Source: an uncultured virus (IMG/VR IMGVR_UViG_3300002835_000029) (taxonomy: Duplodnaviria > Heunggongvirae > Uroviricota > Caudoviricetes). Taken from it: a stretch of 64,000 nucleotides of DNA. Numbering within the stretch: the stretch's first letter is position 1; each line of letters starts with the position of its first letter. Under the pieces are notes generated by a model that saw nothing but the letters and a program-made list of their open reading frames with translations, ran no database searches and was not told where the DNA came from. Shown in pieces: positions 28,795-39,852 of this stretch. Made by a program: the position numbers and the translations under genes. The DNA lies in IMG/VR virus record IMGVR_UViG_3300002835_000029, positions 1 to 64,000 of that record. One strand, given 5' to 3'.

Positions 28795-30099
28795 ATGGGT
28801 GTTGTAAAAATAACGCAGTTACCATCAGTATCATCTGTAACAGATGATGATCTTTTTGTTATGGTGGATAGCCCAAATGATCAAGCAATAACAAAAAAAG
28901 TTTCTGCCAGCACATTAAGAAGTTCTGTACTAAATCAAGCTGCAACTTTGCAATTAAAGCAGGGTCTTGATTCAGAAAGACTATTGGTAACTCCATCGGT
29001 AGCAGAACCGTTATGGACAACCGATACTAAAAAACTATATGTTGGTGATGGATCTACAGTTGGCGGAATAGTAATCTCATCCCCAATAGTTGAAATCTCT
29101 GGTAATAATACTACAAAATTTAACAATATATTAGGAAGCGGAAATCTATGCTTGGGATCAGGAAACTCAATAATTTCATCACTGCTTGGTTCAAGTTTTA
29201 ACTATAATGGTATTTATCACGCTAATACTTGTACTGCAAGTGGTTATAATATAACAATTTTATCTGGTAATGGCTGTGTTGGTAGCGGTGTTTATACATC
29301 TATTCTTAATGGAGATAGAAATACTGCTGGATCACCAGCCTCTAGTAACGCTACCATAATCACTGGTTTAAGAAATACTGTAACGTCTCCTAACTATGGG
29401 TTGATATGTAATGGAACTTTTAATATGAGCAGAGGAACTTATTCTTCTATTATAAATGGATTTGGTCATTCTGCTATTTCAGATTATACTTTTATTGGAA
29501 ATGGGAATCAAAACACAGCAACTGCTAACTATTCTAGCATCATTAACGGTCAAAACAATATTGCTAGCGGAATATATTCATCTATTTTAGGTGGTATATC
29601 CGCAAAAACTACTTTATATGGAGAAGTGGCACAGGCTGGTGGTAGTTTTGCTTCTGCTGGAGATGCACAGCGATCAACCATAGTGCTAAGAACTGAAACC
29701 TCAAGTAATACATCAAATGTAATTTTAACGGCAAATGGATCTGCATCTCTAGTAACATCTCCAAGTAACACGACTTCAAGAAATTTTATATTTTTACCAG
29801 ATAAAACTACGGTAAATTTTAACATACAAATTAGTGCTTATAATGACACGGATACTTCTTCAGCCGTATGGAATTTTGTTGGAGGTATTAAAAGAGGGGT
29901 TGGTGCTAGTACTACCGCTTTGATTGAAACACCCACTGAAACAAGCTGGAAAGATGCTGGTATGACTTCGGCTTTAGCCAGCGTAGCAGCAGATGCTACA
30001 AATGGAGGATTGTCTATTAGAGTTACTGGATTAGCAACTAAAAATATTAGATGGGTAGCGGCAGTAAATTACTGTCAAGCTAGCTATGGAACACCATAA
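28795..30099 (+). CDS. Tail fibre/adhesin: Mtd_N-like domain plus beta-helix repeats
   Basis: LQLKQG..P..AEP..TTDTKKLYVGDG.T.GG; repeated YSSIING..N.A units. Confidence 0.7.
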   Translation: MGVVKITQLPSVSSVTDDDLFVMVDSPNDQAITKKVSASTLRSSVLNQAATLQLKQGLDSERLLVTPSVAEPLWTTDTKKLYVGDGSTVGGIVISSPIVEISGNNTTKFNNILGSGNLCLGSGNSIISSLLGSSFNYNGIYHANTCTASGYNITILSGNGCVGSGVYTSILNGDRNTAGSPASSNATIITGLRNTVTSPNYGLICNGTFNMSRGTYSSIINGFGHSAISDYTFIGNGNQNTATANYSSIINGQNNIASGIYSSILGGISAKTTLYGEVAQAGGSFASAGDAQRSTIVLRTETSSNTSNVILTANGSASLVTSPSNTTSRNFIFLPDKTTVNFNIQISAYNDTDTSSAVWNFVGGIKRGVGASTTALIETPTETSWKDAGMTSALASVAADATNGGLSIRVTGLATKNIRWVAAVNYCQASYGTP

Positions 30100-31397
30100 T
30101 GATAGAAGCTCAAAATATACCTCTCAATTGTGGTTCTATATCTGAGAATTCATCTTATCTGTTTAAAAAACCAGATATTGGTGGAGATAGAGTAAAAATC
30201 ACAGCACAGCCCCAAGATAGGATATTAGTTTCTACTGGCTCTGGTTATACTACGAATTATGACGCTACAGTATTCAGATCTACTAATTCATCTACTATAA
30301 CTGATTTTAATATAATATTATATAAACAAGATGATATATCAGTTACTGTATATAGTACAGATAACAGTATTTTATCAAATTTAAATCCTAACAACTATAT
30401 ATGTTCTGGAGTGCCAACGGGAAGCACTTCTAAAAGAGCAGTAAAAATTATAGCAAGTGGAATAAATACATCTGATTTTAACATTGCAGAAGTAAATGTC
30501 AATTGTAATATAGGTGGACAAATAGATGCTTTTTGTGAATTTACATCTGGTAGTTTAGCAAAAAATTGTTCTGATAGCGTCGATAATAGACTATTAAATA
30601 AAAACCCAACTATAGCAAAAGATATTTATAGTACTCAAAACCATTCAACTTCTACATACGTTAGAAATACTAATTGTTGGGCTTATGATTTAGATTTAAC
30701 TTGCATAAGTCCTTGGAATACAACTGGATCAAATACTAGAGCTGGAACTCTAATTAGCCCAAGTCACTTAGTTTTTGCTACTCATTATGAAATAGATATC
30801 GGGGCTAAAGTTAGATTTGTTACTAATGATAATGTCGTTATAGAAAGAACATTAATAGACAAAATGCCAACATTGACTAGTGATATTTATTTGGGACTTT
30901 TAGATTCTGACGTACCAAATTCCATTAGTTTTGCCAAATTACTTCCTTCTAATTGGTCTATATATTTACCTACAATTTATAGAAATAAAAGTGGTACTTA
31001 TACCATCTACAGACTTCCAATGCTATCTTTAGATCAAGAAGAAAAAGCTTTAGTAAAAGAATTTCTATACGTGGACCCAACGGGCAGTTCCGCATATACA
31101 CAGCAACCAACACAAAATTATCTTGATCCCAATAATAGTTATTATAATACATACCCAAATAGAATATTATTTCATGAATCAATAATCGGTGGAGATAGTG
31201 GTAACCCATCATTTTTAATCATCAATAATCAATTGGTTTTGATAATAACATGGACCGGACCAGACAGTGGACCATTCTATAGTAATTTTATAAGTACATT
31301 AAATACTAATATGAATCTACTTTGGACAAGAAATAATAGATCTGGTAGTTCATATACTGTAACAACAATTGATTTGTCTTCATTCACTTTATACTAG
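30099..31397 (+). CDS. Trypsin-like serine protease, paralog of 27574..28785
   Basis: DLTCISPWN, LISPSHLVFATHY, DIYLG, GGDSGNP. Confidence 0.8.
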   Translation: MIEAQNIPLNCGSISENSSYLFKKPDIGGDRVKITAQPQDRILVSTGSGYTTNYDATVFRSTNSSTITDFNIILYKQDDISVTVYSTDNSILSNLNPNNYICSGVPTGSTSKRAVKIIASGINTSDFNIAEVNVNCNIGGQIDAFCEFTSGSLAKNCSDSVDNRLLNKNPTIAKDIYSTQNHSTSTYVRNTNCWAYDLDLTCISPWNTTGSNTRAGTLISPSHLVFATHYEIDIGAKVRFVTNDNVVIERTLIDKMPTLTSDIYLGLLDSDVPNSISFAKLLPSNWSIYLPTIYRNKSGTYTIYRLPMLSLDQEEKALVKEFLYVDPTGSSAYTQQPTQNYLDPNNSYYNTYPNRILFHESIIGGDSGNPSFLIINNQLVLIITWTGPDSGPFYSNFISTLNTNMNLLWTRNNRSGSSYTVTTIDLSSFTLY

Positions 31398-31405
31398 GAA
31401 TTACA

Positions 31406-31711
31406 ATGAATAAATATATACTATTAGCATTATTATTAGCTGGATGCTCAAATAATATGTTTTCTGTCAATCCAGAAGATATAACAAATATGTACTCTTC
31501 TTACGTAACGGAGTGGCAAGAGAAGTGTAAAGCAGCTTTTGATAACGCAGAAAAAGAGGTTTTTAAGGTAGATCCAAAACCACAGCCCGTTGTGGATACT
31601 GATCCAGACCCAGCCAAATGCGTTTGCAAAGGCACGGGAATAATAGTTCAAGGAGATGGTCATAAAACAGTGTGTCCATTTCATGCAAAGACCACTAATT
31701 TAAAGAGGTAA
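31406..31711 (+). CDS. Lipoprotein with C-terminal Cys/His motif
   Basis: Lipobox LLLAGC; CVCKGTG....GDG....CPFH. Confidence 0.75.
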   Translation: MNKYILLALLLAGCSNNMFSVNPEDITNMYSSYVTEWQEKCKAAFDNAEKEVFKVDPKPQPVVDTDPDPAKCVCKGTGIIVQGDGHKTVCPFHAKTTNLKR

Positions 31712-31715
31712 TAAG

Positions 31716-31991
31716 ATGGAATCGTGGAATGTTTGGTTGATTGTAATTGCTTTACTTATATTAGCAACTAACTTTGTAGATATTCCATACTGGGTATCTA
31801 GATTATTTGCTAAGTCTAAAGTCAAAGTTGTAGAGAACAAAGAAGAGGGATTTTTGGAAATAGTTAGTTTATGGTATCAGCTAAAAAATAAATGCGATGA
31901 ATACCATTTAACCGTAGCGTCTGAGAAATTAGACGAAGTATTTCCACTATTAAACAAAGTAATTGAGGACAACGATGGAAAAGTTTCTTAA
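31716..31991 (+). CDS. N-terminal TM protein
   Basis: WLIVIALLILA. Confidence 0.65.
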   Translation: MESWNVWLIVIALLILATNFVDIPYWVSRLFAKSKVKVVENKEEGFLEIVSLWYQLKNKCDEYHLTVASEKLDEVFPLLNKVIEDNDGKVS

Positions 31992-32442
31992 GGTTAGAAA
32001 TCTTATAGCACTAGTTTTACTAGGTTTAGCTTTATACAAACCGGTATTAAATTTAATTCCAGTTTTTCCAAAGCCCGATGTTGCTATTCTAAATATAGAT
32101 CGCCCAAGCGATGAAATAATAGAACTTGTTAAACCGGTATCATCATTAATTACTGACCCTACCGATAGAGCAAAGATGGCTATATATAGTCAAGAGTTTG
32201 CTAGTAGGGTAAAAACCTATGACGCTCAGTTACAACAAGTAAATGATGTGCTAGCATTATCTGCAAGTGGATTCTTTGAAGGGGCTATGAACGATAAGTA
32301 TAAAGATTTAGATGTCGCTATCATAGATTTAATTACTTCTGCCGCTGGTGGTGATGACAATCATAAACTAACAGATGAAGAAAAAAATAAAATCTCAGAT
32401 AGATTTATGGGCTTGGCTTGGTCACTAATACAGAAAAATTAA
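31975..32442 (+). CDS. N-terminal TM/signal protein, helical
   Basis: GAGG SD; LIALVLLGLALY. Confidence 0.65.
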   Translation: MEKFLKVRNLIALVLLGLALYKPVLNLIPVFPKPDVAILNIDRPSDEIIELVKPVSSLITDPTDRAKMAIYSQEFASRVKTYDAQLQQVNDVLALSASGFFEGAMNDKYKDLDVAIIDLITSAAGGDDNHKLTDEEKNKISDRFMGLAWSLIQKN

Positions 32443-32443
32443 T

Positions 32444-33082
32444 ATGGCAATACCAATTTTACAAATTAAACAGATTGTTGATTTTATCTTTTCAAAGAAT
32501 GGTTATGACATTAAAAATCTAAATATAAGTTTCCCCCAACCATTAGATATTAAAGTCATAAAAGATACCTCTGAAAATATCATTCTTTCATTTACTGAAT
32601 CTCTCCCAAAAGTCACTTGGAAAAAGTACATAAAGTTAAGTGCTTACGTACAGGGCTTGACTTTGGGTAAAGATGGTGGTACACTAAAGTTGAGATACCT
32701 TCCAGATATCAAGTTTTCCTATGATGAAAACTCAGAAACTCTGTTTGGTGGTTCTTTCGACACTAGCGACATAGAAGCTCAGATTGATGCTGAATACGCA
32801 GACGAAGAAAGAAACTTTTTAGCCAAAAAATGTTTGCAGTATGGCAACGAATGGGCTACAATAGCTAGCCAAGGCGGAATGAACTTTGCGGAGTGTGACA
32901 AATATAGCAAGAGGCAACTAAAAAGAGACTGCAAAGACTTCGTAATGTCTAATGTAAAACAAGATCCAGAAGTAATTCATGGGTCTGTTATACTATCATT
33001 CTTGCTAATCTATGTTGTTTTGCCCGTTATATTAAAGTTTATACTTGAAAGATTGTTTAGAAAACTTTTTAACGAATATTGA
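32444..33082 (+). CDS. Protein with C-terminal TM anchor
   Basis: GSVILSFLLIYVVLPVILKFIL. Confidence 0.65.
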   Translation: MAIPILQIKQIVDFIFSKNGYDIKNLNISFPQPLDIKVIKDTSENIILSFTESLPKVTWKKYIKLSAYVQGLTLGKDGGTLKLRYLPDIKFSYDENSETLFGGSFDTSDIEAQIDAEYADEERNFLAKKCLQYGNEWATIASQGGMNFAECDKYSKRQLKRDCKDFVMSNVKQDPEVIHGSVILSFLLIYVVLPVILKFILERLFRKLFNEY

Positions 33083-33108
33083 TAGTTGATTAAAAGAAAG
33101 AGGGGATT

Positions 33109-35343
33109 ATGCGCGTTCAAAAAAGGAACGGTAGTTTCGAAGTCTATACAGTTGAGAAGATTCATAAGGTTGTAGAGTGGGCGATAAAAGACATCGCTAA
33201 CGTTTCTTGGTCAGATATAGAGATGAATGCTAACCTCTCTTTAAAAGATGGAATAACCACAGAAGAAATCCATCAAATCTTAATCAAGTCTGCTAACGAT
33301 CTAACTTCTCCCAGCAAGCCAAACTATCAATATGTTGCATCTAGACTATTGAATATGTCCCTTAGAAAAGATCTCTGGGAAAACCATGATGCTCCACCAA
33401 GTTTGTTGTCTCATATATCTAGTAATGTAAAAGCTGAAATATATGATGAAACTCTATTATCAAAGTGGAGTAAAGAACAAATAGATCAGATTGAAAAGTT
33501 CGTGGATCATGATAGAGATTATTTATATACTTATGCTGGATTACAGCAAATGATAGATAAGTATCTTATTAAGAATAGGTCTACTGGACAGATGTATGAA
33601 ACACCACAGTTTGCTTATGTAGCAATCGCTATGTCTTTATTTGATACCGTAGAGGAAGTAGAAGAGGCATATGAATGTTTCTCTACATTTAAGATTAATC
33701 TTCCAACTCCAATCATGGCTGGAGTAAGAACTAAAATCAAACAGTTTGCTAGCTGTGTTCTAGTAGACGTTGAAGATGATCTTGATTCTATATTTTCAAG
33801 CGTACACGCTGTTGGAAAGTATACTGCAAGAAGGGCTGGCATTGGTTTAAATATTGGCCGCATTCGCCCAATTAACTCTAGCATTAGGGGCGGCGAAGTA
33901 ATTCATACTGGTCTTATCCCATACTTAAAGATATTTGAGTCAACGGTTAAAGCAACAAGTCAGAATGGTATTCGTGGTGGTTCTGCTACTGTGCATATTC
34001 CATTTTGGCACTATGAAATTGAAGATATAATGACATTAAAGAATAACGCGGGAACTGACGATAATAGAGTAAGAAAGCTAGATTATTCTGTTCAGTTTAA
34101 CAAGTTATTCTATGAGCGTTTAATTAAAAATGAAGACATTACACTAATGAGTCCTCATGAAACTGGTGGTCTTTATAGTTCTATGAACAATAATGAAGAC
34201 TTCAAAAAGCTATATGAAAAATATGAAAACGCTCGCTACGTAAAGATGAAGAAGAAAATTAACGCAAGAAAGCTTGCTGAAATTTTTACCAAAGAGAGAT
34301 TAGAAACTGGTCGCATTTATGTTATGAATATTGATAATGCTAATGAGCATGGATCATGGGATGCCCCAGTTTACATGAGTAATCTATGTCAAGAAATTAT
34401 CCATCCAACTAAACCAATATCATCTATAGATGACAAAGAAGGCGAAATTGGTATTTGTATTCTGTCAGCATTAAACCTACTTGAACTGGAAGATAACAAG
34501 GACATAGAAAAAGCTTGCTCTATTGCTGTAAAGTCTTTAGAATCTATTATTGATTATCAAGATTATCCAGTAGCGGCTGGTGAAAACTTTACAAAGAATC
34601 GTAGATCACTTGGAATTGGTATTACTAATTTTGCTGCATTTTTAGCAAAGCACAAGCTAAAATATGATGATGCCGAAACATTAAGATTAGTTCATGAAAT
34701 CATGGAAAAAATTCAGTGGTACTTACTAAATGAGTCCTGCAAACTTGCTGAACTCAAGGGTCCATGTAATAAATTTAATGAGACTAAATATTCTCGCGGA
34801 TTGCTTCCAATCGATTGGTACAAAAAAACAGTTGACGAACTGGTTAAGCCAGAGTATATTATGGATTGGGAGGGTTTGAGAGCTAGGATCAAAATTCATG
34901 GTCTAAGACACTCTACTCTGACTGCTATAATGCCCTGTGAGTCCTCTAGCGTCATCCAGAACAGCACAAATGGAATTGAACCTGTCCGTAGCCTCATGTC
35001 TTATAAAAAGGCTAAGAACGGCATCCTCAAGCAATTAGTGCCAAATTATGCTTCTCGTAAAAATTACTATACTTTAGCGTGGGAAATGCCAAACAACAAA
35101 GCAATATTAAATATTTGTGCAGTGTTACAAAAATTTGTTGATATGAGCATAAGTGTTAATTTATACTATAATTATTCCCATTATCCTGACGGCAATATTC
35201 CTTTGAGTATTTTGATCAAAGATCAGATACAGGGGTATAAATATGGTGTAAAGAACTTTTATTATTGCAATACGCCAGATTCTGATGGTAATACTGAAAA
35301 AGATTTGTTATCTACCTGTGAGGGTGGTTCTTGTGCAATATAA
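33109..35343 (+). CDS. nrdA: Ribonucleotide reductase class Ia alpha subunit
   Basis: ATP-cone VQKRNG, QFASCVL, SNLCQEI, C-terminal CEGGSC. Confidence 0.96.
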   Translation: MRVQKRNGSFEVYTVEKIHKVVEWAIKDIANVSWSDIEMNANLSLKDGITTEEIHQILIKSANDLTSPSKPNYQYVASRLLNMSLRKDLWENHDAPPSLLSHISSNVKAEIYDETLLSKWSKEQIDQIEKFVDHDRDYLYTYAGLQQMIDKYLIKNRSTGQMYETPQFAYVAIAMSLFDTVEEVEEAYECFSTFKINLPTPIMAGVRTKIKQFASCVLVDVEDDLDSIFSSVHAVGKYTARRAGIGLNIGRIRPINSSIRGGEVIHTGLIPYLKIFESTVKATSQNGIRGGSATVHIPFWHYEIEDIMTLKNNAGTDDNRVRKLDYSVQFNKLFYERLIKNEDITLMSPHETGGLYSSMNNNEDFKKLYEKYENARYVKMKKKINARKLAEIFTKERLETGRIYVMNIDNANEHGSWDAPVYMSNLCQEIIHPTKPISSIDDKEGEIGICILSALNLLELEDNKDIEKACSIAVKSLESIIDYQDYPVAAGENFTKNRRSLGIGITNFAAFLAKHKLKYDDAETLRLVHEIMEKIQWYLLNESCKLAELKGPCNKFNETKYSRGLLPIDWYKKTVDELVKPEYIMDWEGLRARIKIHGLRHSTLTAIMPCESSSVIQNSTNGIEPVRSLMSYKKAKNGILKQLVPNYASRKNYYTLAWEMPNNKAILNICAVLQKFVDMSISVNLYYNYSHYPDGNIPLSILIKDQIQGYKYGVKNFYYCNTPDSDGNTEKDLLSTCEGGSCAI

Positions 35344-35353
35344 TTTAAAAGAA

Positions 35354-35803
35354 ATGTTATTATATGACCCCAACACTGGAAATATATTCTGGAAAATAAA
35401 TCCTAATTTGGGATATACAAAGGCGGGAGATATCGCAGGTACTATTGATAATAAGGGGTATATAGTAATATCAGTAGGATATAAAAGATATAAAGCACAC
35501 AGATTGGCATGGTATTTGTATTATGATGAATGGCCTAAAAATCAAATAGATCACATTGATAGAAATAAACAGAATAATTGTATTAATAATTTACGAGATG
35601 TCACACAAGAAATTAATCAAAGTAATTCACATGTTAGAAAAGATTCAACTAGTGGGTATAGAGGTATTTCTTGGAATAAAATAAGAAAAAAGTGGCAAGT
35701 AAGAATACAAATTAATGGTAAACGCAAAGAGTTAGGCTTTTTTGATGATATAAATAAAGCTATAGAAAGAAGATTGGAACATGAAAACAATATTAAATAC
35801 TAA
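35354..35803 (+). CDS. Free-standing HNH-AP2 homing endonuclease
   Basis: YKAHRLAW, IDHIDRNKQNN..NLR, SGYRGISW..KWQVRI..LGFF. Confidence 0.88.
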   Translation: MLLYDPNTGNIFWKINPNLGYTKAGDIAGTIDNKGYIVISVGYKRYKAHRLAWYLYYDEWPKNQIDHIDRNKQNNCINNLRDVTQEINQSNSHVRKDSTSGYRGISWNKIRKKWQVRIQINGKRKELGFFDDINKAIERRLEHENNIKY

Positions 35804-36860
35804 AAACGTTGACTACTTGAAGCAACCATTATTTTTAGGCGAAAACTTATCATTACAGAGATATGATAAATTTAAATATCCAGTATTTTTTGATTTATAT
35901 AAGAAACAAATTGAATTCTTTTGGCGTCCAGAAGAAATAGAACTGAAGAAAGATCGTAATGACTTCAAAAATGATGATATTATGAGTGAGAATGAAAGAT
36001 TTATTTTCACATCTAATCTTAAATATCAAACTATGCTTGATTCAGTTATTTGTAGGGGTGTTCCAAGCTTCAATCAGTATGTTTCTAATCCAGAATTAGA
36101 AGCTTGTATGAATGTTTGGCAATTTTTCGAACAAATTCATAGTTACAGCTATACATATATTATTAAGAACGTATATAATAATCCTAGTGAAATATTAGAT
36201 AGCTGTTTAACAGACAAAGAAATTCTCAAACGAGCTAATGTAGCAATAAAAGAATATAACGCTTTACGAGAAGTAGGTCATTCCGGCAAAGTTAAAGATA
36301 TAAAAAAGCAGATTTACCTAACTCTCATTAGCGTTAACATACTTGAAGCAGTTAGATTTTATGTCTCATTTATTTCTGCATTCGCGTTTGCAGAAAATAA
36401 GAAAATGATCGGTAATGCAGACATTATTAAACTAATAAAACGCGATGAGGCATTACATCTTTATAATACTCAGGAAATTATTAAGATTCTTCATAATGTT
36501 CCAGAAGAGGGATTTGTAAAGATAGCAGAAGAATGCCAAGAAGAAGCCGTAGCAATGTTTGAATCCGCAGCAAATGAGGAAAAAGCATGGGCAGAATATC
36601 TATTTAAAGATGGATCAATCATTGGCTTAAATGAAAAGGTAATGGCTGAATACATTGATTGGCTATGTATGACCAGAAGAAAGAATATAGGACTACCATA
36701 CGATAAGGGTTGTAGAAACCCAATATCTGGATGGACTGACCCTTGGATGAATAGTGAATCAGTACAAGTTGCACCACAAGAGCATGAAATTACTTCATAT
36801 AAGATTGGTGCTAGTAAGAATGACTTAGAGGATGTTGACCTAGGAGGATTCGATCTATGA
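35781..36860 (+). CDS. nrdB: Ribonucleotide reductase class Ia beta subunit
   Basis: FFWRPEE, EQIHSYSY, RDEALH, VAPQE. Confidence 0.96.
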   Translation: MKTILNTKNVDYLKQPLFLGENLSLQRYDKFKYPVFFDLYKKQIEFFWRPEEIELKKDRNDFKNDDIMSENERFIFTSNLKYQTMLDSVICRGVPSFNQYVSNPELEACMNVWQFFEQIHSYSYTYIIKNVYNNPSEILDSCLTDKEILKRANVAIKEYNALREVGHSGKVKDIKKQIYLTLISVNILEAVRFYVSFISAFAFAENKKMIGNADIIKLIKRDEALHLYNTQEIIKILHNVPEEGFVKIAEECQEEAVAMFESAANEEKAWAEYLFKDGSIIGLNEKVMAEYIDWLCMTRRKNIGLPYDKGCRNPISGWTDPWMNSESVQVAPQEHEITSYKIGASKNDLEDVDLGGFDL

Positions 36861-37276
36861 TTTCTGTTCAATTACTTGATAATAATGCCAAAGTTCCAAC
36901 AAAAGCTAATATAAATGACGCAGGATTTGACTTATACTCAGTGCTTGATACCGTCATACCACCAAAACAACGTAAGACTGTCAGAACGGGGATAGCAATA
37001 CAAATGCCAGAACACTTTGCCGGTTTAATTTGGCCCAGATCGGGACTATCAGTTAAACATGGAATTGATGTTTTAGCAGGGGTAGTGGATAGCGGATATA
37101 GAGGAGAAATAATGGTATGCTTATACAACACTTCTGATGAAGTTGTAGGTATAAATACCGGGGATAGAATCGCTCAGATTATATTCCAAGAGGTTCCTCG
37201 CGTAAGTATGGAGGTCCATGAAACGTTAGGTTCCTCGCAACGAGGAGACAACGGCTTTGGCAGCAGCGGCAAATAA
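36857..37276 (+). CDS. dut: Trimeric dUTPase
   Basis: AGFDL, PRSG, GVVDSGYRGE, RIAQ, RGDNGFGSSG. Confidence 0.96.
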   Translation: MISVQLLDNNAKVPTKANINDAGFDLYSVLDTVIPPKQRKTVRTGIAIQMPEHFAGLIWPRSGLSVKHGIDVLAGVVDSGYRGEIMVCLYNTSDEVVGINTGDRIAQIIFQEVPRVSMEVHETLGSSQRGDNGFGSSGK

Positions 37277-37949
37277 CAATCCGAGAAAGAATAATAACAA
37301 CAAAAAAAATAAAAAGCAAACTCCTAAAGAAAATGTTTTAATAGCTAAAACAGACAATCAAAAAGAATATATCTTATCTATTGTTGAGAATGATATTATT
37401 TTTTGCACTGGCCCATCTGGTACTGGCAAATCTTTTATTGCTGCCGGTATAGCTGCTGAACATCTTATGAAGGATAAGATAGAATCCATTATAGTAACAA
37501 GACCCTTAGTTTGCACTGGCAAAGATATTGGTTCTTTACCGGGAGAACTTGGGGACAAAATTAAACCATACTTACAGCCTATGGAAGAAAATCTTAAATA
37601 TTTTCTAGGCAGAGATAAGTTTGGCTTGTACTATAATACTAGAAGAATAAGATTTGAGCCGTTAGAAACAATGAGAGGATCAACATTCCATAATGCATAT
37701 ATGATTTTAGATGAAGCCCAAAATTGCACATTAGAGCAGATTAAAATGTTTATAACAAGAATGGGCGAGAATTCTAAGGTTATGATCAATGGCGATACAA
37801 AACAAACAGACTTGTATCGTGGTAATGGATTATTAGAATGTATAGATAAATTAAGTAATATCAATGGTATTGGTATTTGCGGTTTAGGTTATCAAGATAT
37901 ACAAAGAAATGGAATATTAGGAGCGGTTTTACACGCTCTAGAATCTTGA
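37257..37949 (+). CDS. phoH: PhoH-family ATPase
   Basis: GPSGTGKS, RGSTF, LDEAQN, GDTKQTD; TTG start with GAGGAG SD. Confidence 0.93.
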   Translation: MAAAANNNPRKNNNNKKNKKQTPKENVLIAKTDNQKEYILSIVENDIIFCTGPSGTGKSFIAAGIAAEHLMKDKIESIIVTRPLVCTGKDIGSLPGELGDKIKPYLQPMEENLKYFLGRDKFGLYYNTRRIRFEPLETMRGSTFHNAYMILDEAQNCTLEQIKMFITRMGENSKVMINGDTKQTDLYRGNGLLECIDKLSNINGIGICGLGYQDIQRNGILGAVLHALES

Positions 37950-37956
37950 GGAAAAA

Positions 37957-38307
37957 ATGCTATATGACTACGTTTGTGATGAATGTTCGCATGAAATGAA
38001 GGACGTTTACCAATCTATAAAAGATGATGCTTTGACTCAATGTACAAATTGTGGAAAAGAAGGTCTGAGAAGGGTAATATATGGTGGCATAGCTTCTTTT
38101 ATGTCAGAACCTAAGACTATTGGAAGTCTCGCGGATAGAAATTGGTCTAAAAAAGGTCACTACGAGAAGTCTGAGATAGAAGCCCAATCGAAGAAGAGTG
38201 TGGGTAATGACTCGCACTTTTCTTCATTGGGGTCTGCCTCCAAAAAAGAAATAAATAAAATGTCAGAAACCCAAAGAACTAAATATATAATGACAGGTGA
38301 AAAATGA
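37957..38307 (+). CDS. FmdB-like zinc-ribbon protein
   Basis: YDYVCDEC...CTNCG..LRRVI. Confidence 0.75.
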   Translation: MLYDYVCDECSHEMKDVYQSIKDDALTQCTNCGKEGLRRVIYGGIASFMSEPKTIGSLADRNWSKKGHYEKSEIEAQSKKSVGNDSHFSSLGSASKKEINKMSETQRTKYIMTGEK

Positions 38308-39852
38308 AGTTTATTAGCTCATCAGATAGTTTTGAAAATATTGATAAGAAAGAAATTCATGAAGTATTGTTAAACAAACTTGGCAGATCCATCACAGATG
38401 AATCTGAACGAGTTTTTGCTAAGACTATTACTACCGACATGGGTGAAGGTAGGGTTCAGATGAAATATGCCATCATCACATTCAATAATCAACCTTATGA
38501 TCCTTATGGAGCAGACAGTCATAGAGAGTCTAATCTAAGATTAGAGTATAAGCCCGTAAGTCAACAAACATACAATTATTATACATCGTATTTGAAAAGC
38601 AAGAACTCACTATATATGACTAGAGCGCAAAGGAGTTTCATCAATGGCTAAAACAGGACCACTTGGAAAAGCAGAAGCTTTTTATGTTGAAGAAAAATTT
38701 AAGTCTGGACAATCAATAGAACAAATAGCAACAGATTTAGATAGAGCTTCTGGAGCTATAGAAAAACATATCAAGAAAAATAAAGTAGAACCACCAAAAA
38801 CATTGATCGATCAGCAGTTTGCTCGTCAGAACGGTGCTACTATAATGACAGAAAGTGCATCTACAATGATAGATGAAAAAAGAAAAGTTACTCCAATAAA
38901 GCACGAATGTGTTACTAAAATAAGATGATAAATTTCATAAGATCATATCAAGATTGGCTAGAAGAATATAAAAAAAACAAGTACAATACTTGGATAAGAG
39001 CAACCCTGACAAACAATGAAGAAATATACTTAAGAGAGTATTCAGAGTGGTTAGAGCTTAAAGATTATTGTAAACAAAAAAATCTGGGTGTAACCAAAGT
39101 TGGTCTACAGTATAGATCTAATTCCATTGAAGTTGATACATGCAACTCAGACGGTGTTTATCTAACAAGATCTATCCTTGCTTCTTTTGGGCAGTCAGAG
39201 AGGCAAACTTATACTGTTGGAAAAGTGTTTGAATCTAGAGTTGAAAAAAGTATCTGGGTTATTCCAGAGCTGATAAAACAGCTTGAAGAAGAAGATAATA
39301 TTGATCAATGTTTTGAAGAGGCGATAATTTATAACTATGTCAAACAAAGATAAGCCGCAATTATTTAATCAGACGTATCAAAAAGAATGGTCAGAAACTC
39401 ATAAATACAAGCATATTCATACTGGTGAATACTGTACTTTTGAAGCATATGTTGCAGAATATATAGTTTTGAGAAGATCTGAAAAATTGAACTTGGGTAA
39501 ACCTTCATATAAGTTCTGGACTAAAGGTGATCCACTACATTGGTTGTGGAAGAAACAGCACGGTGCTGCGGTTCAGCTTAAAAAGAAATATAGCGAAGAA
39601 GCTATATTGCAAGCTATAAAATCAAAAGACTTTGATAGGCTACTGGTACTTGGTGTGCAAAATGGAAGAGGATATAAGATTAGCCCAGAAGCAGAAAAAG
39701 TAATTGCCAAATATCAAAAGAAGATTGAAGAAGAACAAAATAAACCCCAAGTTAATCTTGAAGTTAAAGAAGAAAATACACCGCTTGAAACTAGATCGTC
39801 TAGCGGCTATAATACAAAAAGGACAACGTTGAACCAACTGAGGAATTTATGA
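38304..39852 (+). CDS. Four coupled hypothetical ORFs (38304..38651, 38644..38928 HTH-like, 38925..39353, 39337..39852)
   Basis: Overlapping start/stop chain; SIEQIATDLDRASGAIEKHI is HTH-like. Confidence 0.6.

Noticed and set aside
26067..30099. Diversity-generating retroelement targeting the Mtd_N proteins
   Set aside because: No reverse transcriptase and no TR/VR repeat pair with adenine-specific differences seen in the window
35285..35803. Group I intron or intein in nrdA/nrdB
   Set aside because: Both genes are intact and the HNH-AP2 gene lies between them
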